Source: Syntrophaceae bacterium UBA1411 (GTDB taxonomy: Bacteria; Desulfobacterota; Syntrophia; Syntrophales; Smithellaceae). Taken from it: DNA of 64,000 bases. Under the pieces are notes generated by a model that was not told the origin of the DNA, did no database searches, and was given only the letters and a program-made list of their open reading frames with translations. The translations under genes were made by a program, and so were the position numbers. The stretch is taken from positions 1,248 to 65,247 of the forward strand of contig DBPV01000022.1 of assembly GCA_002304995.1 (NCBI GenBank), in the 5' to 3' direction. Position 1 is the first letter of the stretch. The number at the start of each line of letters is the position of its first letter. This document shows, piece by piece, positions 9,353 to 17,724 of the stretch.

Positions 9353-10066
9353 ATGGTAAATTTGATTATTGACGGCAAGAATGTAACGGTACCCAAAGAT
9401 ACGATGGTGCTGGAAGCAGCCCGCAGCGCAGGGGTGAATATTCCCACCCTTTGCGCCCACGAGGCGATCTCGCGCTCCGGTTCGTGCAGGCTGTGCGTGG
9501 TGGAAGTGAAAAAGGGACACCGGACCCGGATCGTCACCTCCTGCCTGTATCCCGTCGAGGAAGGCCTGATCGTCGACACCCGGAGTGAAAGGGTGCAAAA
9601 CGTCCGCCGGCTGGTTTTGGAGCTGCTTTTGGCGCGCTGCCCGAAATCGGACGTCCTGCAGAAACTGGCCCTGGACCTCGGCGTCGATCCGCATCCCCGG
9701 TTCGTTCCGGACACGGACAAGGGCAAGTGCATCCTGTGCCGCTCCTGCGTGCGCGTCTGCGAAGAAGTGGTCGGCGTCAGCGCCATCGGCATGTCGTCGC
9801 GCGGATCGCACAAGACCGTCGGCCCTCCCTTCAAGGAAGCCTCTTCGGTCTGCATCGGCTGCGGCGCGTGCGTTTACGTCTGCCCCACCGGACACATCGT
9901 CATGCAGAGCACGGGCGACAAGAGAAAAATCTGGCGGCGCACCTTCAAGATGCAGGCCTGTGAAAAATGCGGCAAATACTTTGCTCCCGTGGACCAGTTG
10001 AAATTCATCAGCAAAAAAACCGGCACGCCTTACAAGGAGCTCGCGGTGTGCACCGAGTGCCGGTAG
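9353..10066 (+). CDS. HoxU / N-terminal-NuoG/HydA-like Fe-S electron-transfer subunit (no catalytic domain)
   Basis: The 237-aa product has an N-terminal plant-type 2Fe-2S fold (LCAHE..SCRLCVVEV..TSC) and two 4Fe-4S motifs (CILCRSCVRVC, CIGCGACVYVCP). A terminal 4-Cys pair is also present (CEKCGKYF...CTECR). There is no H-cluster or molybdopterin domain. Confidence 0.8.
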   Translation: MVNLIIDGKNVTVPKDTMVLEAARSAGVNIPTLCAHEAISRSGSCRLCVVEVKKGHRTRIVTSCLYPVEEGLIVDTRSERVQNVRRLVLELLLARCPKSDVLQKLALDLGVDPHPRFVPDTDKGKCILCRSCVRVCEEVVGVSAIGMSSRGSHKTVGPPFKEASSVCIGCGACVYVCPTGHIVMQSTGDKRKIWRRTFKMQACEKCGKYFAPVDQLKFISKKTGTPYKELAVCTECR

Positions 10067-10090
10067 CCTGAGCGCGTTTTTCCCCGATAC

Positions 10091-10128
10091 AAAAGAGCCC
10101 GACTTCGTAAAGAAGCCGGGCTCTTTTG
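10091..10128. terminator. bidirectional intrinsic terminator between converging genes
   Basis: AAAAGAGCCCG (10091-10101) pairs with CGGGCTCTTTT (10117-10127) around a 15-nt loop. This gives an A-run/T-run hairpin readable on both strands. It lies 25 nt after the HoxU-like stop and 53 nt after the small minus-strand ORF. Confidence 0.7.
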
Positions 10129-10180
10129 CACCAGAAGCACATGAAAAAGGAGTAAAAAAGGATAACGTTTTCCGCGCGCG

Positions 10181-10351
10181 TCAGCTCAACCAGCGACTTC
10201 TCGGCCGGTCCGACTTCACGCGGACAAATGGCGGCGGCAGACGATTCTGGAAATGATTCGGATCGAAACGGAATCCGCCGGTCTGCCCGGACCGTTCGGA
10301 CATCATGCGTTTGAACCACTTGGCCAGAATATCCTGTATTTCATTTCCCAT
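10181..10351 (-). CDS. candidate small protein (56 aa), unknown function
   Basis: This is a hand translation, below the 60-aa cut-off of the ORF track. The ATG at 10351 lies 8 nt after GAGG. The product is MGNEIQDILAKWFKRMMSERSGQTGGFRFDPNHFQNRLPPPFVRVKSDRPRSRWLS, with a TGA stop at 10183-10181. The bidirectional terminator follows it. I recognise no homology. Confidence 0.35.
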   Translation of the reverse strand: MGNEIQDILAKWFKRMMSERSGQTGGFRFDPNHFQNRLPPPFVRVKSDRPRSRWLS

Positions 10352-10373
10352 TTACGCCGCCTCAAGACTCGAG

Positions 10374-10408
10374 AAAAAAATTGTTCAGGGGGCCGCAGCC
10401 CCCTGAAC
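10374..10408 (-). terminator. strong intrinsic-terminator-like hairpin on the minus strand (possible attenuator)
   Basis: A perfect 11-bp stem pairs GTTCAGGGGGC (10383-10393) with GCCCCCTGAAC (10398-10408) around a 4-nt loop. On the minus strand it is followed by AATTTTTTT (the A-run 10374-10380 on plus). It sits about 20 nt upstream of the small ORF RBS. Confidence 0.6.
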
Positions 10409-10796
10409 GCGTCCCTTCGTTCCTTCAACCATTTAAAATTCATCAGTCGAGAAAAGTCCGTTTTTCACGATAAAGGCCGCCCGGAACATCTCCGTGGGAC
10501 AGGTTTGTCTCACTCCGTGACTAAAAATAAACTCTGTATGAAGCATCCGTTAAAAACGTCTTTGCCGATTCGGATTATAACCGGCCCTGACAGCAAAAAA
10601 CGGACAAAATGGAAACCTTTTTACCTCCTCGTGGACCTTTAAAGCCTTTTCCCTCAGAAAAAAATGCTGCTCTGTTTCAACAGAGCCGCGTCGTTCTTTT
10701 CCGGAATCCTTGCCTATGTCATTCCTGATTGCATATTATACAAATGTCATGCCATTTTTCACGATAATACAGAGAGCTGATTTGCAAAGGTTTTTA

Positions 10797-10845
10797 TTGA
10801 CACGCAGGCACAATGTTGCTAGGGTGTCCCACCAACGTGGGACAC
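10797..10845 (+). promoter_or_regulatory. candidate sigma-70 promoter of the sigma-54 activator gene with an overlapping inverted-repeat operator
   Basis: The promoter reads TTGACA (10797-10802), 17 nt, TAGGGT (10820-10825). A perfect 9-bp inverted repeat GTGTCCCAC-caac-GTGGGACAC (10824-10845) overlaps the -10 region. Confidence 0.35.
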
Positions 10846-10907
10846 TTGTGACTCATATAACGGATTTGTGGGACAGAAGGACGGATTATTACCGCCGGAA
10901 GTGATGA

Positions 10908-12914
10908 ATGAACGCTAAACCTCACACAATACCGTACAAGAAAAAACTTTCGACTTTTTATTCCCGGTTTGCCGATCAATACAATGCCACCAAAACGCAA
11001 TGGGGCAAATGCGTTGCCGGTCATACGGACATTGACGGCGCCGTTGTTCCCCAGGATATTCAGAACGCCTGGCTTCGCTGCCGGAAGCTGCAGCTCAATC
11101 CCTTTAAAAAGCCGATTCCGCCGATTTTGTCGGATGCCCGATTGTGGGCGCTGCGAGAGGGTCACAATACATTGATCCAGAGCGCCAGACCGGCGATGGA
11201 TCATTTCTGTGAATTCAGCGCCTCCCGGCGGTCCCTGGTGTGTCTTTTCAGCCGGGAGGGCGTTCTGCTTGAGGTCCGTGCAAATGCCGGCTATCAAAAG
11301 CCCGCGCAGTCCTTCCGGCTGCTGCCCGGTTCTGTCTGGACGGAAGAAACCGTCGGCGCAAACGCCATCGGACTGGTCGTCGCGCTTCAGCAGCCGGTGC
11401 GCTTTTTCGGCCCCCAGCACTACATGCGCGCCTATCACGGAGAAACCGCCGCCGCCGCGCCCATCTTCGACGCACGGCAGAAGTTCATCGGCGGCATCGC
11501 CCTTCTGGCCAGCGTCTACAGCGCCGATCCGCACGCGCTGGGAATGGCCGCATCGATGGCCCGGGCCGTTGAAAGCGACATGAAAAAAACGGAGGAGCTG
11601 GAAAAAACGCGCACCGTCGCCAATTATCATGAGGCGGTTCTCCACGCGGTTCCCGATGCCATGATCGCCGTAAGCGAAGACGGCCTCATCACCTTCATCA
11701 ATTCCCCCGCCCGCAAACTCCTGCATCTGGGTCCGCAGGCCCAGGACAGGCGGATGCGCGACCTGCTGCATGCGGGCAACGCGGCGCTGTTCCGGATCGC
11801 CGAAGGAGACAAAACGGTCGCCGACATGCCGGTCCGTATCGCCTCCCCTTACGGATTTAACGACTTTCTCGCGACATCCGGCCTCATCCGCAGCGCTTCG
11901 GGAAAGACAGTCGGCAAAATGATCATTTTAAAAGAGGCGCAAGCCGCCAGGAAAACGATCGCCAGACCGGCCGGCCTCAAAGCGCTCTTTCGCTTCAACG
12001 ACATCTGCGGGCAAAACAGCCGCTTTGTCCGCACGCTGCATCATCTCCAGCTTGCCGCCAAAAGCGATTCCAATGTTTTGCTCCTGGGAGAAAGCGGCAC
12101 GGGCAAGGATATTTTCGCCCAGGCCATTCACAGCGGCGGCGCGCGGAAGAACGGCCCCTATATCGCGATCAACTGCGCCTCCATTCCGCGGGATTTGATC
12201 GCCAACGAACTCTTCGGCCATTCGGAGGGAGCTTTCACCGGATCGCGCCGGGGCGGCAACACGGGGAAATTCGAAGCGGCCGACGGCGGAACGATTTTTC
12301 TCGATGAGATCGCCGAGACGTCCCTGGAATTCCAGGCGGCGCTGTTGCGCGTCGTCGAGGAAAAGGCCATCGTGCGCGTCGGCGGCACGAGCGTCCGGCC
12401 GGTGGACGTCCGGATCATCGCGGCAACGAATAAGAATATTCTGGAGGAAATCCGCAAGGGAAACTTCCGCTCCGACCTGTATTACCGCCTGAACGTCTTT
12501 ACCATCGAGATGACGCCGCTGCGCGAAAGGAAAGACGATATTCCGCTCCTGGTTGACAACTTCATCAAGAAGTACTGCGACACGACGGGCCGCAACGTCG
12601 GCCGGATTTCCGAGTCGGTCCTGCGGATTCTTGCCAACTATCCCTGGCCGGGCAATATCCGGGAGCTGCAAAACGTGATCGAACGGATGATGAATGTCGC
12701 CCAGGGCAATGAACTCACGGCCGACCTCGTTCCGGATGAAATTCTCCACTGGCAGTATCAGGACACGGAAAACCATCTCACCGCACAAGCCCGGGAGAAG
12801 GAAGCCATCATCCAGATGATGGGCATCGGAATTCCGCGGAACAAAATCGCCCAGAAAATGAACATGGCCCGCAGCACGTTTTACCGCAAACTCAAGGGCT
12901 ACGGTCTGAACTGA
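10908..12914 (+). CDS. sigma-54-dependent transcriptional activator, AcoR-like (GAF/PAS-AAA+-HTH)
   Basis: The 668-aa product has an N-terminal AcoR-type IQNAWLRCRKLQLNP motif plus a GAF-like region and a PAS-like segment (AVPDAMIAVSEDGLITFINSPARKLL). The AAA+ core carries Walker A LLLGESGTGKD and the GAFTG loop (EGAFTGS). A C-terminal Fis-type HTH is present (IAQKMNMARSTFYRKLK). Confidence 0.9.
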   Translation: MNAKPHTIPYKKKLSTFYSRFADQYNATKTQWGKCVAGHTDIDGAVVPQDIQNAWLRCRKLQLNPFKKPIPPILSDARLWALREGHNTLIQSARPAMDHFCEFSASRRSLVCLFSREGVLLEVRANAGYQKPAQSFRLLPGSVWTEETVGANAIGLVVALQQPVRFFGPQHYMRAYHGETAAAAPIFDARQKFIGGIALLASVYSADPHALGMAASMARAVESDMKKTEELEKTRTVANYHEAVLHAVPDAMIAVSEDGLITFINSPARKLLHLGPQAQDRRMRDLLHAGNAALFRIAEGDKTVADMPVRIASPYGFNDFLATSGLIRSASGKTVGKMIILKEAQAARKTIARPAGLKALFRFNDICGQNSRFVRTLHHLQLAAKSDSNVLLLGESGTGKDIFAQAIHSGGARKNGPYIAINCASIPRDLIANELFGHSEGAFTGSRRGGNTGKFEAADGGTIFLDEIAETSLEFQAALLRVVEEKAIVRVGGTSVRPVDVRIIAATNKNILEEIRKGNFRSDLYYRLNVFTIEMTPLRERKDDIPLLVDNFIKKYCDTTGRNVGRISESVLRILANYPWPGNIRELQNVIERMMNVAQGNELTADLVPDEILHWQYQDTENHLTAQAREKEAIIQMMGIGIPRNKIAQKMNMARSTFYRKLKGYGLN

Positions 12915-12998
12915 CCGCCGGCACCGGATTTTCGCAAGCGGTCAATGGCCGAACGTTGCCGTTGCGATCAGTGACGAAGCCGCCGCCCGTTTTCTTAC

Positions 12999-13036
12999 AG
13001 ACCCTGAAAGAACAGCCCTTCAGGGTCTTTTTGTTT
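12999..13036 (+). terminator. intrinsic terminator after the activator gene
   Basis: AGACCCTGAA (12999-13008) pairs with TTCAGGGTCT (13019-13028), followed by a TTTTTGTTT run. Confidence 0.7.
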
Positions 13037-13280
13037 CCGTCTGCCGGCGCTCATTTGCCTTTTGACTAAAGGAGACCTCCTGTGATAGCTTAAGCTATTA
13101 ATTTTTTGAGGAAGAACCACCATCAACAAGATATTCGGCAATACGTCGGGACTGGGCGCCCAGTCCATCAAATCCCTCGAACGGCTCTACCGCCGGGCCA
13201 TTCCCCCGGAAAGCATTCTCAGCAATGAACTGGCGCGGGAAATCTCGTTTCTTTCCGGCGCGCTCAACCGCCAAATCGGC

Positions 13281-14810
<1,530 letters not shown>

Positions 14811-14826
14811 GGTTTCGATAACGAAC

Positions 14827-16776
14827 ATGACCTCTCTGCGCATAGCGATTATTCTGGCTGCGGTACTGATCTTCATCGCTCCGGCGGCCGCCGAAAAACG
14901 CATTACTGTCGTGCACACCAACGATATGCACTCCCATCTGCAGGGGTTTTCGCCGGAGCTCGACTTCCGGCCCTTTGCGGAAAACGCGGATCGAACGCTG
15001 GGCGGCTGGTCGCGCGTCGCAACCGTCATCCGGCAGACCCAAAAAACGAGGAACCATCCCGTCCTGGTTCTGGATGCCGGCGATTTTTCCATGGGATCGC
15101 TTTTTCACATACTCATCCGCGAAGAGGCCTTTGAACTGCGGCTGCTGGCCGCCATGGGCTACAACGCCGTGACGCTGGGCAATCACGAGTTCGATCTCAA
15201 GCCGCGGGGGCTCGCGGCCATTTTGAAAACCGCCAAAGACCGGGGCGGACTGCCGCCCATCGTGGCGGCCAATCCGGTTTTCGACCGCCGGGAGCCGGCG
15301 CTGGCCGAACTGGAAGACGCTTTCGTCGCGGCGGGCGTGAAGCCTTACCTGGTTTTAGAGCGCGACGGCCTGAAAATCGGCATCTTCGGAATCCTGGGCC
15401 GGGGCGCGGTGGAAGTTTCGCCTTTCGCCAAGCCGCTCACCTTCCGCGATCCCATCGACACGGCGCGCGACATGGTCAATCTGCTGCGCCGGCAGGAAAA
15501 AGCGGATATCGTGATCTGCCTGTCCCACGGGGGGCTTGCCGACAATCCGCGGCGCTCCGAAGACCTGATCCTGGCCAAGGAAGTGCCGGGCATTGACGTC
15601 ATCGTCAGCGGACATTCCCACACAAAGCTGGACAAGCCCCTGGTCGTCGGCAATACGCTCGTCGTCCAGGCCTGGTGCTACGGCAAGCAGGTCGGCGTGA
15701 TGGATCTCGTCTGGAAGGAGGGCAAAGTCGCTTTGCAGAACTATGCCGCCGTTCCCGTTACCAGCGCCATCCCCGGGGATAAGGACATTCAGCGGATGAT
15801 CGACGGCTTTAAAAGGCAAATCGACCAAGATTTGCTCCGGCCCGTCGGGATGTCCTACGACCAGGTGCTGGCCGAAACCCGCTGGGACCTGGCCAACGAC
15901 GCCGAGGAGTCGCCGCTCGGCAATCTGATCGCCGATTCCATCCGCTGGTACGTCAATACGACCGACCCCGCAGCAGGCGATCCGGCCGCCCGCGTCGTCG
16001 TGGCCGTCGAATCCAACGGCATCATCCGCGACAACCTGCTGGCCGGAACCACCGGAAAGATCATCCTCGGAGACCTGTTCCGCACGTTTCCGCTGGGCAT
16101 CGGCGCGGACGACACCATGAGCTATCCGCTGATTTCGTTTTACCTCTACGGTTACGAAATCAAGAGGGCGCTGGAAATTCTGACCAGCGTGCGCCCGTTC
16201 AAGGGCGACGATTATTTTCTGCAGATCTCCGGCCTGCGCTTCACCTACAATCCGCGGCGCATGATCTTCGACCGCGTGACGGGCATCGAAATCGGCAGCG
16301 AAGAGGACGGCTACCGGCCGCTCGACTACAGCGCCGCCAATCAGCAGCTCTACCGGGTCGCGGCCAATATCTACAACGCCGCGTTTCTGAAACTGGTCGG
16401 CCGCTTCACCTACGGATTGCTGGAAATCGTCCCCAAAGACCGCAGCGGCCGCAGCATCGCGAAACTGTCCGACGCGCGGGTGGACGCGGATCCGGCCCGG
16501 CCCGGCGTGCAGGAGCTCAAGGAGTGGCAGGGACTGGTCACGTATGTGCGTTCCTTTCCGGATGCGAACGGCAACGGCCTCGCGGACATTCCGGACAAGT
16601 ACCGGGGCAAACTGGGCCGCATTGTCGCAAAACCCAGTTTCAATCCGGTCAACCTCGTTTACCGGCCGGGAAAGCCGACGCTGATTGCGCTTGCGGTCTT
16701 GGGCGGGATTGTGCTTTTCCTGGCGGCCGTCGCGGTCGCGATAATAAAACGAAAAAAGTTGAAATTGAAGGCGTGA
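14827..16776 (+). CDS. bifunctional metallophosphatase/5'-nucleotidase family protein, secreted/membrane-anchored
   Basis: The 649-aa product has a signal peptide (MTSLRIAIILAAVLIFIAPAAA) and metallophosphatase motifs HTNDMHSH and GNHEFD. A C-terminal hydrophobic helix is followed by a KRKKLKLKA tail. Confidence 0.85.
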   Translation: MTSLRIAIILAAVLIFIAPAAAEKRITVVHTNDMHSHLQGFSPELDFRPFAENADRTLGGWSRVATVIRQTQKTRNHPVLVLDAGDFSMGSLFHILIREEAFELRLLAAMGYNAVTLGNHEFDLKPRGLAAILKTAKDRGGLPPIVAANPVFDRREPALAELEDAFVAAGVKPYLVLERDGLKIGIFGILGRGAVEVSPFAKPLTFRDPIDTARDMVNLLRRQEKADIVICLSHGGLADNPRRSEDLILAKEVPGIDVIVSGHSHTKLDKPLVVGNTLVVQAWCYGKQVGVMDLVWKEGKVALQNYAAVPVTSAIPGDKDIQRMIDGFKRQIDQDLLRPVGMSYDQVLAETRWDLANDAEESPLGNLIADSIRWYVNTTDPAAGDPAARVVVAVESNGIIRDNLLAGTTGKIILGDLFRTFPLGIGADDTMSYPLISFYLYGYEIKRALEILTSVRPFKGDDYFLQISGLRFTYNPRRMIFDRVTGIEIGSEEDGYRPLDYSAANQQLYRVAANIYNAAFLKLVGRFTYGLLEIVPKDRSGRSIAKLSDARVDADPARPGVQELKEWQGLVTYVRSFPDANGNGLADIPDKYRGKLGRIVAKPSFNPVNLVYRPGKPTLIALAVLGGIVLFLAAVAVAIIKRKKLKLKA

Positions 16777-16848
16777 AGGAGCATAAACGAGATACCGCTA
16801 TTTTCCCGGGATTTATCTCCTGTAGCGCTTAAATATCTGGAGCATTTT

Positions 16849-17409
16849 ATGAAAAAAGATTATCTGGAAATCCGCTGGCACGGCCGCGGCGGACAGGGAG
16901 CGATCACGGCCGCCAAGGTCGTGGCCGGCGCCGCTTTCAGCTCGGGATTCGCCGGCGTGGTCATGGCCCCCACGTTCGGAACCGAACGGCGGGGCGCGCC
17001 GGTGATGACGTCGCTCAAAATTTCGAAAACGAAAATTTACGATCTGTCGCCGATTGAAAAGCCGGATATCGTCGTCGTTCTCGACCACCTGCTGCTCAAG
17101 GAAGCGGATGTCACGCACGGCCTCAAACCCGGCGGCATCATTGTGCTCAACACGCCGATGGCGCACGAGACGCACCATTTTAAAGATTTTAAACTGGCCA
17201 CCGCGGACGTTACGGCGATCTCGGTGGAAGCGGGCCTGCCGCACGGCATGGTCAACACCGGCATCATCGGTTCGCTGGAGCGGGCGGCGAATTTACTGGG
17301 CATCGACCTGCTCATCGAGAGGATCGAGGAAGAGTTCCGCACCCGCAGACCCGAAAAAAACGCGCTGGCCGCCCGTTTGGCCTATGAGCGCACCGCGACG
17401 GGAGGTTGA
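16849..17409 (+). CDS. 2-oxoacid:ferredoxin oxidoreductase, gamma subunit (cluster 2)
   Basis: The 186-aa product has the RWHGRGGQGAIT motif and is a paralogue of 4002..4550. Confidence 0.88.
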   Translation: MKKDYLEIRWHGRGGQGAITAAKVVAGAAFSSGFAGVVMAPTFGTERRGAPVMTSLKISKTKIYDLSPIEKPDIVVVLDHLLLKEADVTHGLKPGGIIVLNTPMAHETHHFKDFKLATADVTAISVEAGLPHGMVNTGIIGSLERAANLLGIDLLIERIEEEFRTRRPEKNALAARLAYERTATGG

Positions 17410-17410
17410 G

Positions 17411-17719
17411 ATGGGAACACGCCATTACCGAAGAAAAACATCGCACAGCGAGCACGGACCGGGCGACGGCGGAAGAACCGGCTCCTGGCGTGTGGAGCGG
17501 CCGGTCTTCGACCGGAATCTCTGCATTCCCTGCAAAAGAAACAAGGAAGCCTGCTTCATCTGCTGGCTGTTCTGTCCGGAAATCGTGATTTCCCGGACCA
17601 TCCCGCCCACCGTGGATCTGGAATACTGCAAGGGCTGCGGCATCTGCGCCGAAGAATGCCCCACCAAAGCCATCACCATGGTGGATGAAGCCAAATTCGC
17701 CGAAGAAGACAAGGAGTAG
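17411..17719 (+). CDS. 2-oxoacid:ferredoxin oxidoreductase, delta ferredoxin-like subunit (cluster 2)
   Basis: I place the start at the ATG at 17411, after GGAGG, inside track ORF 17054..17719. The 102-aa product has Cys motifs CIPCKRNKEACFICWLFCP and CKGCGICAEECP. Confidence 0.8.
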   Translation: MGTRHYRRKTSHSEHGPGDGGRTGSWRVERPVFDRNLCIPCKRNKEACFICWLFCPEIVISRTIPPTVDLEYCKGCGICAEECPTKAITMVDEAKFAEEDKE

Positions 17720-17724
17720 CCAAC

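Noticed and set aside
10352-10440. A GGGACGC string next to the terminator, reminiscent of the c-di-GMP-I (GEMM) riboswitch core. GAGAAAAGTCCG near 10449 is also reminiscent of the RNase P GGAAAGTCCGG motif.
   Set aside because: Only a single short word matches in each case. The other conserved helices and tetraloop-receptor elements are not evident. It is not enough to name an RNA family without a covariance-model search.
10008-10642. Track ORFs 10008..10319 (-, 103 aa) and 10253..10642 (+, 129 aa) in the large intergenic gap.
   Set aside because: The first overlaps the end of the HoxU-like gene and runs through the bidirectional terminator. The second runs through the strong hairpin at 10383-10408 and has no RBS. 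Neither shows recognisable motifs. The 56-aa minus-strand frame fits the signals better.
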